A stretch of DNA of 63,836 nucleotides, the filler included, from Intoshia linei (Eukaryota > Animalia > Orthonectida): the NCBI GenBank assembly GCA_001642005.1. It is 8 parts of 8 records of this genome, joined end to end, with 100 filler letters (N's around TTAATTAATTAA, not from the genome) between each part and the next. Parts side by side here need not be neighbours in the genome. Positions count along the whole stretch, not along the records: positions 21,331 to 46,367 come from LWCA01000511.1; positions 46,468 to 48,964 come from LWCA01002313.1; positions 49,065 to 53,912 come from LWCA01001883.1; 5 more parts are not named here. One strand, given 5' to 3'. The notes beneath the pieces are model-generated. The model saw nothing but the letters and a program-made list of their open reading frames with translations. It had not been told where the DNA came from and searched no databases. The translations under genes and the position numbers were made by a program. Of the stretch, positions 37,949 to 50,440 are shown piece after piece; within the stretch, counting starts at the first letter, position 1, and each line of letters opens with the position of its first letter.

Positions 37949-40900
37949 TTATGTTATTTTGAAAATATCTTTTGCATCCAAAGCATGCCGATTCAATGTA
38001 TGCACGATTAATTGTCTCTTTTCATCATCATAAATTACAGATATGTCCTTTTTGATGTTTCGACTGTATTTTCTAAAATTATAATTTTACAATTTTAATT
38101 TTACATTAATTTACATTAACTCTTCCGTCATCTTTGTGAAACTTTCAGTTACAAAATAATTTTTTTGATACATTGAATCGTCATATTTTACTTGTATTAT
38201 AGTTTTTATGTTGAATTCATCAATTTGATTATTCTTTTCTAATTTCAAAAAATTGTTCAATTCTCCAAGTGACGAAATTATCCCGGCTCCATACACTTTC
38301 ATAATTTTAGGAATTCCTTCATAACATACTCCATATTCCATTGTAAACCAGTATAACTAAACTTGCATTTTATTGACATTATTTTTCCAAAAACGGTTAA
38401 CATTTAAAAATGTAAAGTAAACGGTTAATTAAAATCGTTTATTAATAACTTTATTTAATAATTCAATTCTTATTGAAATTATTTATATGGAATCTGTACA
38501 TTTCACAGTTGTACACATTCTATGAAACATATATACGTGTTATTGTCTCGTAAGGGTCAGTATATGAAAAGTTATAAATTTTTTTATTTTTATAAAATTA
38601 CTGTTGCAAGTTTTTCAATTTCTTCATCGGATGCACCAATTGAAGCTAAACCCAAATTTTGACTAAATTTTACAAATTTTATTGACAAAAACATTGGGAC
38701 GTGGCCTAATAATTCATGTATGGTGTCTCTAAAATCATTTAAAATTAATACAGTCAATTTGTTTAACATACGGTTCTATTGTATATAGTGGATTTGATGA
38801 GTGTCGTACATATTGAGTAGCTTGAAATTGTTTGAAAGCTAATCTAAACAATTTCACGTTAAATTTAGTTATGAATTATGGATTGTATCGAAAATACATT
38901 TAAATCAACATTACGTTCCAAGAAAGTCTCTGGCTGATAGTAAACCACATACTGGTCGTAATTTCATGCCACTTTTTTCTAAATATAGTATAGGTTCAAT
39001 TGTGTATAGTAATCATATTTAATGGACCACTATTGAAATATCTAAGGCCATATATACTTGAAAATCTTAATTAATATGTTTAAAGTAGCATAGTATTGTT
39101 ATATTGGTAGTTCCTGATAGATGTTTAGTTGAATTTTTGAAATAATTCTTAAAATGGGGTGCGTATGAGAATTTTGAGTTTTTAAGTAAATAAAAACGTA
39201 AACACTGAATGTATGGACGAAATGAAATTTAAAAAAACTTTCATTTACATTATAGAACAGTTTTCAATTTTAATTAGATCTAAATCTTATGACCGCATTA
39301 TCTTTGAAAATTGTCTGAAAAAAAATGCCCTTAAATACCCTACTAAATTTGGATCCCAAAATTATATTCAAAATTTTCAATCATTGGGTGAATAAAAATT
39401 TCCCTTAAAAACCTACCTAAAATATATTTAAAAATTGGCTAAAAAATTTTTTCTTTAAAGAAACTCAATAATATGATTAATATCAAAATCAATGATTATG
39501 CCGCTCCGTGAATGTTCGCCAATCTTCAGTATAAAACCACAAATTACCAGGGAGATCACATACTTGGCTGGATAGTTTCAGCACGAGGCCCTGATTTAAT
39601 GTTAATTTAGTTTTATATTACCGGGTTTAACAATTGTATGTATGCATTTACCTTCTATAAATGTAGATACATCTTGTAATTGTGGAATTTTTCCCATAGT
39701 ATAAAGATCTGCATCAATCAATTGATTTAAACCATCAATATACTCTTTGCACAAATCTTCACGATTAGCTAACAATTTTGATAAACAAATATTCCTATGT
39801 GTGATGAAATTATATTTACATTACAGCCACCGTGATACAGCTGATTTATTTTGATTTTTAATGATTTTTGAATTACCATAATTATAAGATGGGCAACCCA
39901 TCAAAGTTTTTTTCACAGTTTTGAAACTCAGTAAAACTAAATAACTCAGTACTTTTTGCAAAAGTTGAACACACTAGTATGTCATACATTGTATGTATCT
40001 CAGTATAAAAAAATTATTTGGTTCCTTGAATACAATGTAATAGAAAATTGTATCTGAATTGAACTGTGGGAACTGCACTGCTACACCGTGGATTATTTTA
40101 ACATTTTCAGATGCGGACGATAACCTTAGGATTGATTCTGATGGAGAAAAATGTGAATAAAACAAGTCAACTTTTTTAAAAGCTAAGGGGGTTATATTCC
40201 TTGTAGTTGCTGAAGCCTCAAATAGATTTCGAACTACTACATTAGAAATATATTGGTTGGGTACCTGTTGATTTGTAACTCATAAAATTTAGAATAGTGT
40301 AAATTTGTTTGCTAGAAAATGATTGTAATTTTTGTGTGTACAATTTGTCTATTAGAATTTATTGTCCGCTAAAATGTATTGAAATTTAATCATGAGATTA
40401 ATTTGTGGTTGAAAAGTGAATGAACACTATACTACACAACTACACTATAAGAATCATTTATATTAATATATGAACACCTGTACTGTACAAATATGTATTT
40501 CATCGAAATGAAATTAAAATACAACCAATGTAATGTTTGATTATTTATATACACAATGGATACAATGTATCAGTTTTAAAAGATTTAATATATCTGACAA
40601 AAAATTTTTATTGGAAAATGTAATTAGGTACAATTTTAATCTGGTGCTATGCAGACCCAGCACTGCAGGGATTGCATTTCTGATGTTATTAATATACAGC
40701 AGGTTATTATTTGATTGTTTACATAGTTTATAGAAATGCATAATTAGGTAATCGCACCCACAACCATTTCAATCAAAACTTATTTCCCAATTTTTTTTAA
40801 ATATTATTCTTCCTATTTTATTTTCTTCGTTTGAAGTTTAATCATCCTGCGACTCGTGCTCACTAAAAGAACCCTATACATGAAAATTCTGAACGAGATG

Positions 40901-41830
40901 TTTAAATAATTGTCATTTTCTGGGATTATTGGTGATTTTTAATTATGTTTAATTATTTCTGAATATATAATTTTTTTAAATTTAAATTTATGATAATGTT
41001 TATGATTTTAAAATCCGTATCAGTGTATATATATTTTTAAATTCTCCAACTCGTTCTATTTTCAAAATAAGGACTATTGGGGTTTTTGACCCGTAAAGTA
41101 TGAGTTTGAGAGGTTGAACTTTATTTTATTATTACCCGGAAAAAACTGTAATTGAAATGAGGACTTTATAAAATTCTAAGACGGGTAGTTATTGAAATAA
41201 AATAAAACACACACAAACAAATATTGCGTAGAATATTATATAAGTAAGGATATCGTGGTTTTATTTTTAAATATATTTTACCATGTTTCGATTTCGCAAG
41301 AAATGTAATTAACCCTGGGAATGGTTTGAAAACTAAATGACAAATTTTATTCAAATCAAAATATTATGTCAACAACCTTTTATATGTAAATGCAAGTTTA
41401 GAAATGTCATCTCTTCTTTTTCGATAGTCTTCGTCTCCATAAGCCTATAAAGTAAAAATTGAAACTGATTTAGATCCAAGTTAGTAAACTAAGTGTAATT
41501 CAGTACAATACTAAATGTAGTTAGAATTGCGTTAACACAATCTTACATTTATAAAATATCTATAAAAACTACATACCGATTCATAAAATGTATAATTTGT
41601 TTCATATTATTGATTATTATATATTTACAGTTAAAAAATGTTGAAGGGTTATAGTTTTTAAAGAAATTTTGATATAAAAAATAATCCTTAGTAAGGATTA
41701 CCCATGTAAAATTAATAAATTAGATTACCGGGTGATCTGTTTTAACATCTGGATAAAATTTATCTATAACATGACAACACTGATCCAAAATTGTCTCGTC
41801 TATTGAAAGAGTATTTGAAATTTTGTCCAT
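37949..41830 (-). CDS. TH: biopterin-dependent aromatic amino-acid hydroxylase, tyrosine hydroxylase-like
   Basis: [20 protein letters not shown]|[11 protein letters not shown]; [14 protein letters not shown]; FQATQYVRH; EP|[13 protein letters not shown]; [16 protein letters not shown]|LYWFTMEYG (His-His-Glu iron triad intact); YDDSMYQ aligns to TH YQDQTYQ (Asp425). Confidence 0.85.
40900..41250 (-). mobile_element. non-autonomous Helitron-like repeat, copy in TH intron
   Basis: Same A|TCCTTACTTATATAATAT terminus and body as the copies ending at 16761 and 8546. Confidence 0.65.
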
Positions 41831-44725
41831 ATAATCGTTTTTATAAATTTTTTATTTCAGATATCAGTTTTATATTAAAATGTTTTCACATTAAATATAT
41901 ATAAATAATTATTTTTAATTTACTTTGTTAGCATTGCAATAAATGCATTTATTTTAATTTATCATAAAAGCAAATAATTATTAATAATAAATTTTTGGTG
42001 ATTTAAATCCAATTTTAAATGTGTAACCTTTTATTGGATTTTTAAATAACTATAATGTGTTAACTAACTTAATGTACTATTATAATAAAACTAAAGTGCA
42101 TATTGTTTGAATGCGCTTTATGTAATGTCTTTATTAAAATCAGTTAACAAAATTACGACGTATTGTTTTTGTTTACGCTAAAATGTAAAATAAAGTCATA
42201 ATTTTGTTTTTGAAGAATAGTGCTGTAGAAATAAATTGATATAAATGTAATTACCAAAAATTTAGTTTTTACAAATATGTTTGGCCGACTTTCGTATCGT
42301 TATTTGATTACTTAAATTACGTATATGCTAACAATAGAGTGAATAATAAAGAAGAGTAATTAATTTTTCAGTATTTAATTAAAATACTGACATTTTTCAA
42401 AAAAAATTTTCTGTATTTTCAACATAAAATTGTCAGTATACACACTAAAATATCAGTAATAAAAAGTATTTTGTCAGTATTCAATTACATATTTGTCAGT
42501 TTTTAATTGCTTTCTTGTCAGTACATAATTGCATTTTTGTCAGTATCTATATTAACTAAATCAGTATTCATCAAAAATTGTAAGTAATTCAACAAAAAAG
42601 TATATAGAAATAAACAAATTTTATAAAATAATATTTTGTCAGTAAATAAATTGAATTGTAAATTTGATGATTTTGGAGTGTCAGTATAAAAATTAAAAAT
42701 CTAGTTTTTGAAATAATACATCATCCACTACAGACCCAAGTTAAAACTGAAATATTAAGATACCATATTATACCTACAAACCATATTACAAAAAAAATTA
42801 GAAATATTCTATGGTGTTTACACTAGAGAATATTTTTTTATGAGAATAAATTATTATTTCCATATATTTTACAAAACATTTTTTGTCAGTTTCATTTTAT
42901 ACAGAACATTCAATTTGAATACTGACAAATCAATAAGAAACATACTGACGCAATAAATGCACGCCAATAATAAATTTATATGTATATTTATTTTAGTTTA
43001 TTTACTAACTGTAAATATAATAAAATCTTAGCGTAAACAAGTGGTTTCCAATCTTGCTCATATTCAACAGTTTGGAAATTTTCAAATGTTGAAAATGGTC
43101 GGAAAAATGACAAATTAATTAACAAGACAACCAATAATAAAAATATATAAATTGAAAAGACGGTGGTTTTTTTGGATCAAACTGTCAAATATTTATGTCA
43201 TTTCGCAGCAAAATAATTGGAGCTTATTATGTATAATAATAATAATATTATTATATATATTAATTTTAGATGTTACATATGAATTGGTATGAAAATCACT
43301 AAAAAGGTATTTTAGGGACATGAATTTTACATTTCATTTTCAGGCTGAAATATTCATTATTAATAATTTTTTTTGGGATGTATTTATAATGGGAGCATTC
43401 ATGTGATTCGATTCATTTAGAATTATAAAATGCTATTTTATCACCAGGGCTGTCTAAAATGTTGGTATTTATAAAAAAAATTTAGGTTCTAGACTAAATT
43501 TTTAATTTTAAGCAAATTTTATGTGTGCAGCTAAAATATGAGAATGAGCTATACACCATTTTATATAGGTCAAATCAGATTTTTTTCTTTAATCTTTAAA
43601 TACAATTTCTACATCCATAGGCTATAGACCATAGCTATTATTCAAAAGCTCCAATAGAAATCAAAATCAGCAAATCTGGTTGGAAATTATTTATTTATTA
43701 CATATATTCATTTTTTACGTTTTGCAGAATATATTATTAAATTTTCTCGGGCCATGATTTGAACCACTCTGATATATCATATTGAAATGATAAAACTATT
43801 TAAAATTTATATCAATTAAAAAGGATCTACAAAATGAATGAAATTAACCACTATATTTAAGTTTATTAATAACTTTCAGTAATTTTATTTATGAATGTAA
43901 AATATTTTTTTTGTAGGTAGTAATAAAATCTTCGCGGAATCAGGGTCTCCACTTCGTTTTAACTGAAATATAATAAAAAATACGGTAAGTGTTACAACCA
44001 ATGATATAATATGCATCTTTCAAACCTAAACACAATTTATCTTTTCAAACAATGTTCAAATTTAAGCATTTATTAAAAGGCATTGACAAGGTACATTAAT
44101 TATTTCAAACAGCATTTAGATCTAACTCTAATACCATCTATTGTTGATTCTGTTGTGTTTGTTTGGGTTTTAATTCCCTAAATACTTGAATTATTATAAT
44201 TTAATAAAATAAAAACTAATTATCAACATCATAATAATTAATAAAATCATCATAACAATTATAATGGTAACAGTTAAAGATTCAAATGTATTGTTAATTC
44301 CTTGATGACCTATTGCACAAATGCGTGATTAATGTTTAATCATTAAATTTATTAAATGAAATTATTAATCATTCATAGAAATTTTAAACTGGGTTTAAGT
44401 CATTCGACATTGTATGGATTGACATCTTTACCTTCAAAAATAAAATGAAAACTTTTTATATAAAATAGCATCACTTGATATTTTCACGCTGCGTATTCAA
44501 AAGATAAAAAAAAAATAAATAAAATGTTTTTTGGTCAATTAACATACGAGAAAAAGAAAAAATTATTATCTGAGATATCTAATGTGTTCAATTAATTAAT
44601 GTATCAGGTATAACCACTAATCTACTCTAAAATAGGCATATCACTATCATAAAAATTTTATTAATTTATCATTTCGGATCAATTTTTATGGATTTGAGTT
44701 TCATTACTGAAAACGTTTCTAAATA

Positions 44726-45050
44726 CAGTGCGACCTGTCGATAGGGAACACTGGAGATATGGACCATGCCAATATAAGCCATAAAATACAAGTAGAAAAA
44801 GACTTACTTTCAAAGAAACAAAGGAAATCTTAGAGTTCATTGATACTCATGGGTATTGCAGCCAAAGAGATTTAGCTACACGTTTTAAAATCTCTGTTGG
44901 TACCATAAATATAATTTTGAAAAACAAAAGTAGTATACTGGAAGTTAAAAACGACAACTTTAAATCAAAACCTTTTTTAACCCTTACAAGACTGCTGATT
45001 TTCAAAATTGAAAGCAACAAATTTCACTTATGAAATGTTAAAAAACACTA
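44726..45050 (+). pseudogene. pogo/Tigger element 5' end (TIR plus CENP-B N-terminal HTH)
   Basis: TA|CAGTGCGACCTGTC TIR-like end; RKRLTFKETKEILEFID...SQRDLATRFKISVGTINIILKNK. Confidence 0.75.
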
Positions 45051-46038
45051 AAATTTAAAGCTTAAAATTCAGAAATTTCAAATGTTATTGATTTGTATAG
45101 TGAACAACTTAAATTTGGCTTTAATATATGCAATCAAAGCACGAGTGAAGGCAGCAGTGCCATCCTGAATTTGCTGAACATAACCAATATAGCGACCTTC
45201 AGATTAATCAGCCTATTCAAAAGACTGTACGAATATATCTCACTAGCGCAAACACCGAGCACAGACAGATCCGACTTCACATTTTATATAATTTGTATAA
45301 ATCGAAATGCCAAAGTGTATGCTTGCTCACAAGACGATATAATAAGATTTACGCTCGGGCATGGCATGCCTATTAGCGAGTTCGATCTTGCCCAGAAAGT
45401 TAGTGAAAACACCGAATTCGGTGTGTGCATCACTGAATTTATGAATGAAGCATACTGCGAAACGAACGACATAGCGAACACCTAAAACAGAATTTCCAAA
45501 ATAGACTACAATAATTATTATTTCAATAAATATAAGAAAGCCAGAATAATAACCAAGATACAGTAAGAAAGTTCCACGTCAGATTGTGATAACGACGGAT
45601 ACACAAGTGAGGCGTCCTCTGATGATAAATCACCGACTGCGCCGATGAATGTAGAGAGGAATCTGAAAGGCGACGATTGCGTCATTAAAATAAATAAAAA
45701 AGTAGATTGGCAAGATTGTTTGGACATATAGAGAAAGATCTATGAAAAGTATCAGGATTAACTAGGCAAGCGTAAATATATCGTATTGAAGGTAAATACG
45801 AGGACTTGAGGTACAATGCTTTATCTAATACGCTGAAACACAATCTATGCCCAAAAGTAAGACTTAAGATTGATTAAGATTGTAAAATCGAAAAAGGACA
45901 AAGATTTTGATTTTGATTTTCAATTTGAATCAATAGTGTGGAGCCTTATTCTGATAATTTAACCGATGAAGATTATTTACCTCATAATAAAGTTTCAAAG
46001 TAGTTCAAGGTAGTTTTGAAATTATACTAAAAAAACAA

Positions 46039-46367
46039 ATGGAAAACTATACATATTTCTCCATATGTTTAGATAAAACTAATGATATTAGGGACATGGC
46101 TCAAGTTGCTGTCTTTGTTCGTATGATTAATAAAGAATTTTATATATCTGAAGAAATGATGGGGATAGTTGTATTAATTGGTACAACAAAGGCACAGGAT
46201 CTATACAGCGTTGTCATTAATATATTTGAAACGTTGAATGTAAATATGATGAAGTTGACAGGAATTGTTATAGACGGCGCAGCTGCAATGATTGGTCAGC
46301 ACAATAGCGTCGGTACGTTATTGAAAAGGTACGCATCGCATAATGGAAATGATAATGTTGTATCTTA
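46039..46367 (+). pseudogene. hAT transposase fragment, SPIN/GTF2IRD2-like
   Basis: YFSICLDKTNDIRDMAQVAVFVR...EE...GTTKAQDLY...IVIDGAAAMIG (family motif FSIALDESTD..DTAQL.IFIR; TTDGAP.M.G). Confidence 0.88.
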
Positions 46368-46491
46368 NNNNNNNNNNNNNNNNNNNNNNNNNNNNNNNNN
46401 NNNNNNNNNNNTTAATTAATTAANNNNNNNNNNNNNNNNNNNNNNNNNNNNNNNNNNNNNNNNNNNNTAGAATACACAATTTTTGATAAAG

Positions 46492-47000
46492 ATGTCTAAA
46501 GGAAAATATTTAAATGAACGGTAAAAGGGAATTATTGATTATATTATAAAGGAAGGGCATAGCCAGTCGAAAATTGCAATAACATTAGAAAGAAGTAGGA
46601 AGTGCATACAAACGTATCTCAATGATCGTTCGTCAAAAAAATTAAATAATAAAATTGAACGCTCAAAGACATTAAGTCCATCTGATAGACGACTTTTATT
46701 GCGAGAAGCGTCTAATTCTCGTCTTAGTGCTAGTTCAATAAAATCAAATTGTTCTTTTAATGACGTTTCCACTCGGACGATACAACGGGAATTATGTTCC
46801 TCACCGAACATTCAACGAAGAGTCATGATAAAATGCCCAAACCTTACAAAACTCCACATAGAATAAAGGGTACTTTTTGCTCGTACTAATATGTCCATTA
46901 ATTGAAATCAAATATGTTTTTCCAATGAAAAACATTTTAACCTGGACGGACCAGATCGTTATTCCTACTATTTCCACGATATTAGGAAAGAGCAATTATT
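46492..47000 (+). pseudogene. Tc3-like (Tc1/mariner) transposase remnant
   Basis: MSKGKYLNER*...KIAITLERSRKCIQTYL; FSNEKHFNLDGPDRYSYYFHDIRKE (Tc3: FSDEKKFNLDGPDG.RYYWRDLRKE); multiple stops. Confidence 0.88.
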
Positions 47001-47637
47001 CAAATTAAAGGATTCAATTTCTGAAACTTTAATTTTGGATAAAATCTCATCTTCGAAAAATTGGATGAGACATTGCGTTTTTTAAATCAATGGTAATATA
47101 GACAGACATTCATGTATATATAACAAGTGAAGGATTAACATTTTTTAATATAGTAGCTTTAGAGATAAATTTTAAAGGTATTTCAGAAAGAGATAATATT
47201 ATAAAACGGCTGACCACTACCACTTCTTTACCATACATTTATATTAAACCTTATAAATCCTTTAGACCTTACTAAAAGCGAAACCACTATTGTTTCAATT
47301 TTACCGACTTTTTCATCACTATATTTAAATTTTAGCATTACTAGGCATTACTAAGTAAAATTTACGGTTACAACCAGAGAAATCAGCGGAAATTTTGATG
47401 ATATTTTGATACTACATTCATTATGATGACTTATAAAATTAAGTGGATGCTGAAAAAAGTATTTTTAATTAAGCGATCGCGACATATTCATATTTGGATA
47501 AGACCCATTATAAAATCATACTACCGTACGATTATTTTATTTACGTTCATATTGTGTTGCGTTGTAAAAGTCTAATTCATTCGTACAATGTACATGCAAA
47601 AATTACATTTATTTGAAGATGTTAGATTCGTTTAGTC

Positions 47638-50131
47638 CAGTGGTTTTTAACCTTTTTTAAAGAATTGCCTATTTTTCAACAAAAATAAAATTATCGCCCC
47701 ATAAAGAAAATCGATATTTTTTTAATTTACAAAATTTATACTTGTGTAGTGTATGTTATGCAGCAATTTTTTTTAAATAGTAGAGTTGATACGGAATACA
47801 ATAAAAAAAGCAATTAATAATTGTTTTTTTGATATCTTAAGAAATATGCAAATGAAATTTGAGATTATTTTTTTNCGGAATACAATAAAAAAAGCAATTA
47901 ATAATTGTTTTTTTGATATCTTAAGAAATATGCAAATGAAATTTGAGATTTTTTTAATTTGATGGATCATGAAAATAATATATACAAAAAACACGATAAA
48001 AACTAAGTATTTAAAAAAAATATATTATAATGAATAAATGTAACAAATTTGAAATAAGAAATATTAAATGGAATTATAAAATTATAAATGTTTAAACTTT
48101 ACATAGAAAAGATAAAATTTATTATTAATGGCTATCCTGATATTGATAACTATTTGATAATTTTTCAATATCAGCAGCGATATTTGTTAAGCATAATCTT
48201 AAGTCACCCTTTTTTGATTGAAGATCAGTTACTACGCTGAAACCTTTCTTAACAAGGTAAGTAGATGGAAAGGCCAATAGTAACAAATTCACTTCGTTCC
48301 TAAGATTTGGATATGCATTCTTGTTTTGAAAAAATAAGGTAGAGTAACCCTTTTGTTTAAAAATAAATTGTGCCTTAATGTCATTTTGTAAGTCAATCAA
48401 TTTTTCTACTACATTCGATGGAATTGAATTAACATCAACATTGAATGGATTTATTGCATACTCTGGTATATCTAATTAATAATGTCTTTGAATCTTATGA
48501 CCATATCATTCTTTAACGATGCAAGATGCGAACAGTAAAAAATTATATCATTTTCAGAAATACAATATTTTTCTTGGAATGTATTTAAATTGACAAAATT
48601 AGTCACGTCATGTCTCTGAAATGCAGTCCGGTAAAATTCAAGTTTATTAATGAATGATAACACTACTCCCTTGGCCTTTATAAGACATATAAAGTCTTAT
48701 ATGTTTATAAGATTATAAACATATCTTATAAATATTGATATGATTTATAATATATCAACATATTATAAATCATATCCACATTATATGATGTATAATGTAT
48801 ACATCATATCAATAATATTTCCTTGTAATTGTAAATTAACATCATTTAAATTTCCAAAAATATCAGCAAGATAAGCCACATCGCATTTTAAATTAGCAAG
48901 TTTATCATAAAATTCATCATTAATTTTCATAAAAAATTCAGTAACAGAGTCGTATAAATTATAANNNNNNNNNNNNNNNNNNNNNNNNNNNNNNNNNNNN
49001 NNNNNNNNTTAATTAATTAANNNNNNNNNNNNNNNNNNNNNNNNNNNNNNNNNNNNNNNNNNNNTTTTAAATCTTTGAAATATGTTATGCTTTTGTTAAT
49101 ATCACCAGAATGTTTTTAACTCAAATGGTCTTGTAATCAGGATGGCTTCATAGCTTCATTGGAGAAAACATTTAAACAGATAAGGCATAATAGCTGTGTT
49201 GAATTAAGAAAATTAGGAATAAAACCTTTAGAAATATAGGTGTCGTCATATTGTCGACATTTTTTTTTTTTGGATTGATCATGATAGACTTAAATAAAAA
49301 ATTAAAATTAACTAAAATAAAAAATATTACTTGTAAATTTCAAATGTGATTACGAAAATTGTAAATAGATTCTTTCAGATAATATTTAATAATTATTATT
49401 TTAGTAAAAAAATAGTGTGCAATGAGCGATAATTTGCAAAATAGAAAAAATAGTGGTTTTTATGACTTTAGGCTAAACTTTAGCTTTTTTATTTTGAAGA
49501 ATTTAAACAATTAAACTTTAATTGATAAGAAAATTTTGAATTTTATAAGTTATATATTTATTATATTATATTAATTACNAAATAGAAAAAATTTTGGTTA
49601 TGACTTTAGCTAGGCTGACCATATTTTTGTCGTACTAAAAGTACTTTTATTGCTTAGAAACAAAATATGTTTTTGATTAATTTTTCATTAGAAAAATGAA
49701 TATTTAAGTTAAATTTTATTTTATAAGTTTATTTGGTTTTGAAAAGTACGACTTTGGAACAGTGCCAAAAGTCGTACTACTGGTCGCATTACTTTAGCTA
49801 CTTTATTTTGAAGAATTTAAACTATTAAACTTTAATTGATAAGAAAATTTTGAATTTTATAAGTTATATATTTATTATATTATATTAATTACATTTTTAT
49901 ATTCTCATTGTTAAATTATTTAATTTTAAATGCGTTCATCACATACATAATTAATACATTTTCAATATTTATAAAAAAGTTCACAATAAATGTTTAAACT
50001 AAATTACAAATTTTTTTTGTCGACAATATGAAAAACAACATATTTGAAATTTTTAATAATATTATTTCCAGCGCCCCCTAAATTGTGAAAACGCCCCCTG
50101 GGGGTGCTACCACCCACGTTGAGAACCATTG
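47638..50131 (-). mobile_element. near full-length decayed hAT Buster/Charlie transposon (ZBED5/SCAND3-like), transposase ~49282-48125 spanning a gap
   Basis: N-terminus MINPKKKCRQYDDTYISKGF...CLICLNVFSNEAMKPS; DVAYLADIFGNLNDVNLQLQG; C-terminus LLLAFPSTYLVKKGFSVV...GDLRLCLTNI; ends CAGTGGTTTTTAAC (47638) / GTTGAGAACCATTG (50131); no matching TSD. Confidence 0.85.
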
Positions 50132-50440
50132 TATATGTATATGTATGTATAGAATCTATACTGTGTTCAAATTCTCACGACCCCCTTGATAAATTTCGCG
50201 ATTATTAATTCCAGTATATTCATCAAGAGTGAGACTGAATATGGTTTTATTTTGTAAATCCTGAAAAATTAGATTATTTGATATATTTATGAAATTTTTG
50301 AAAATCCGATTATTCGCAATATATTCTGATTATTTTTCTAAGATTATTGTAAGCGATTAACCGGGTTTTCGATTAATCGATTAATTGGATATCATTCCCT
50401 AATATGTATGTATTCATAATTCATAATGATGATTAATTAG

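Noticed and set aside
47790-47950. Exact ~80-bp tandem duplication (also 49460-49890, and 11136/11834 direct repeats)
   Set aside because: Each junction contains a single n, typical of overlapping contig ends joined by the scaffolder.
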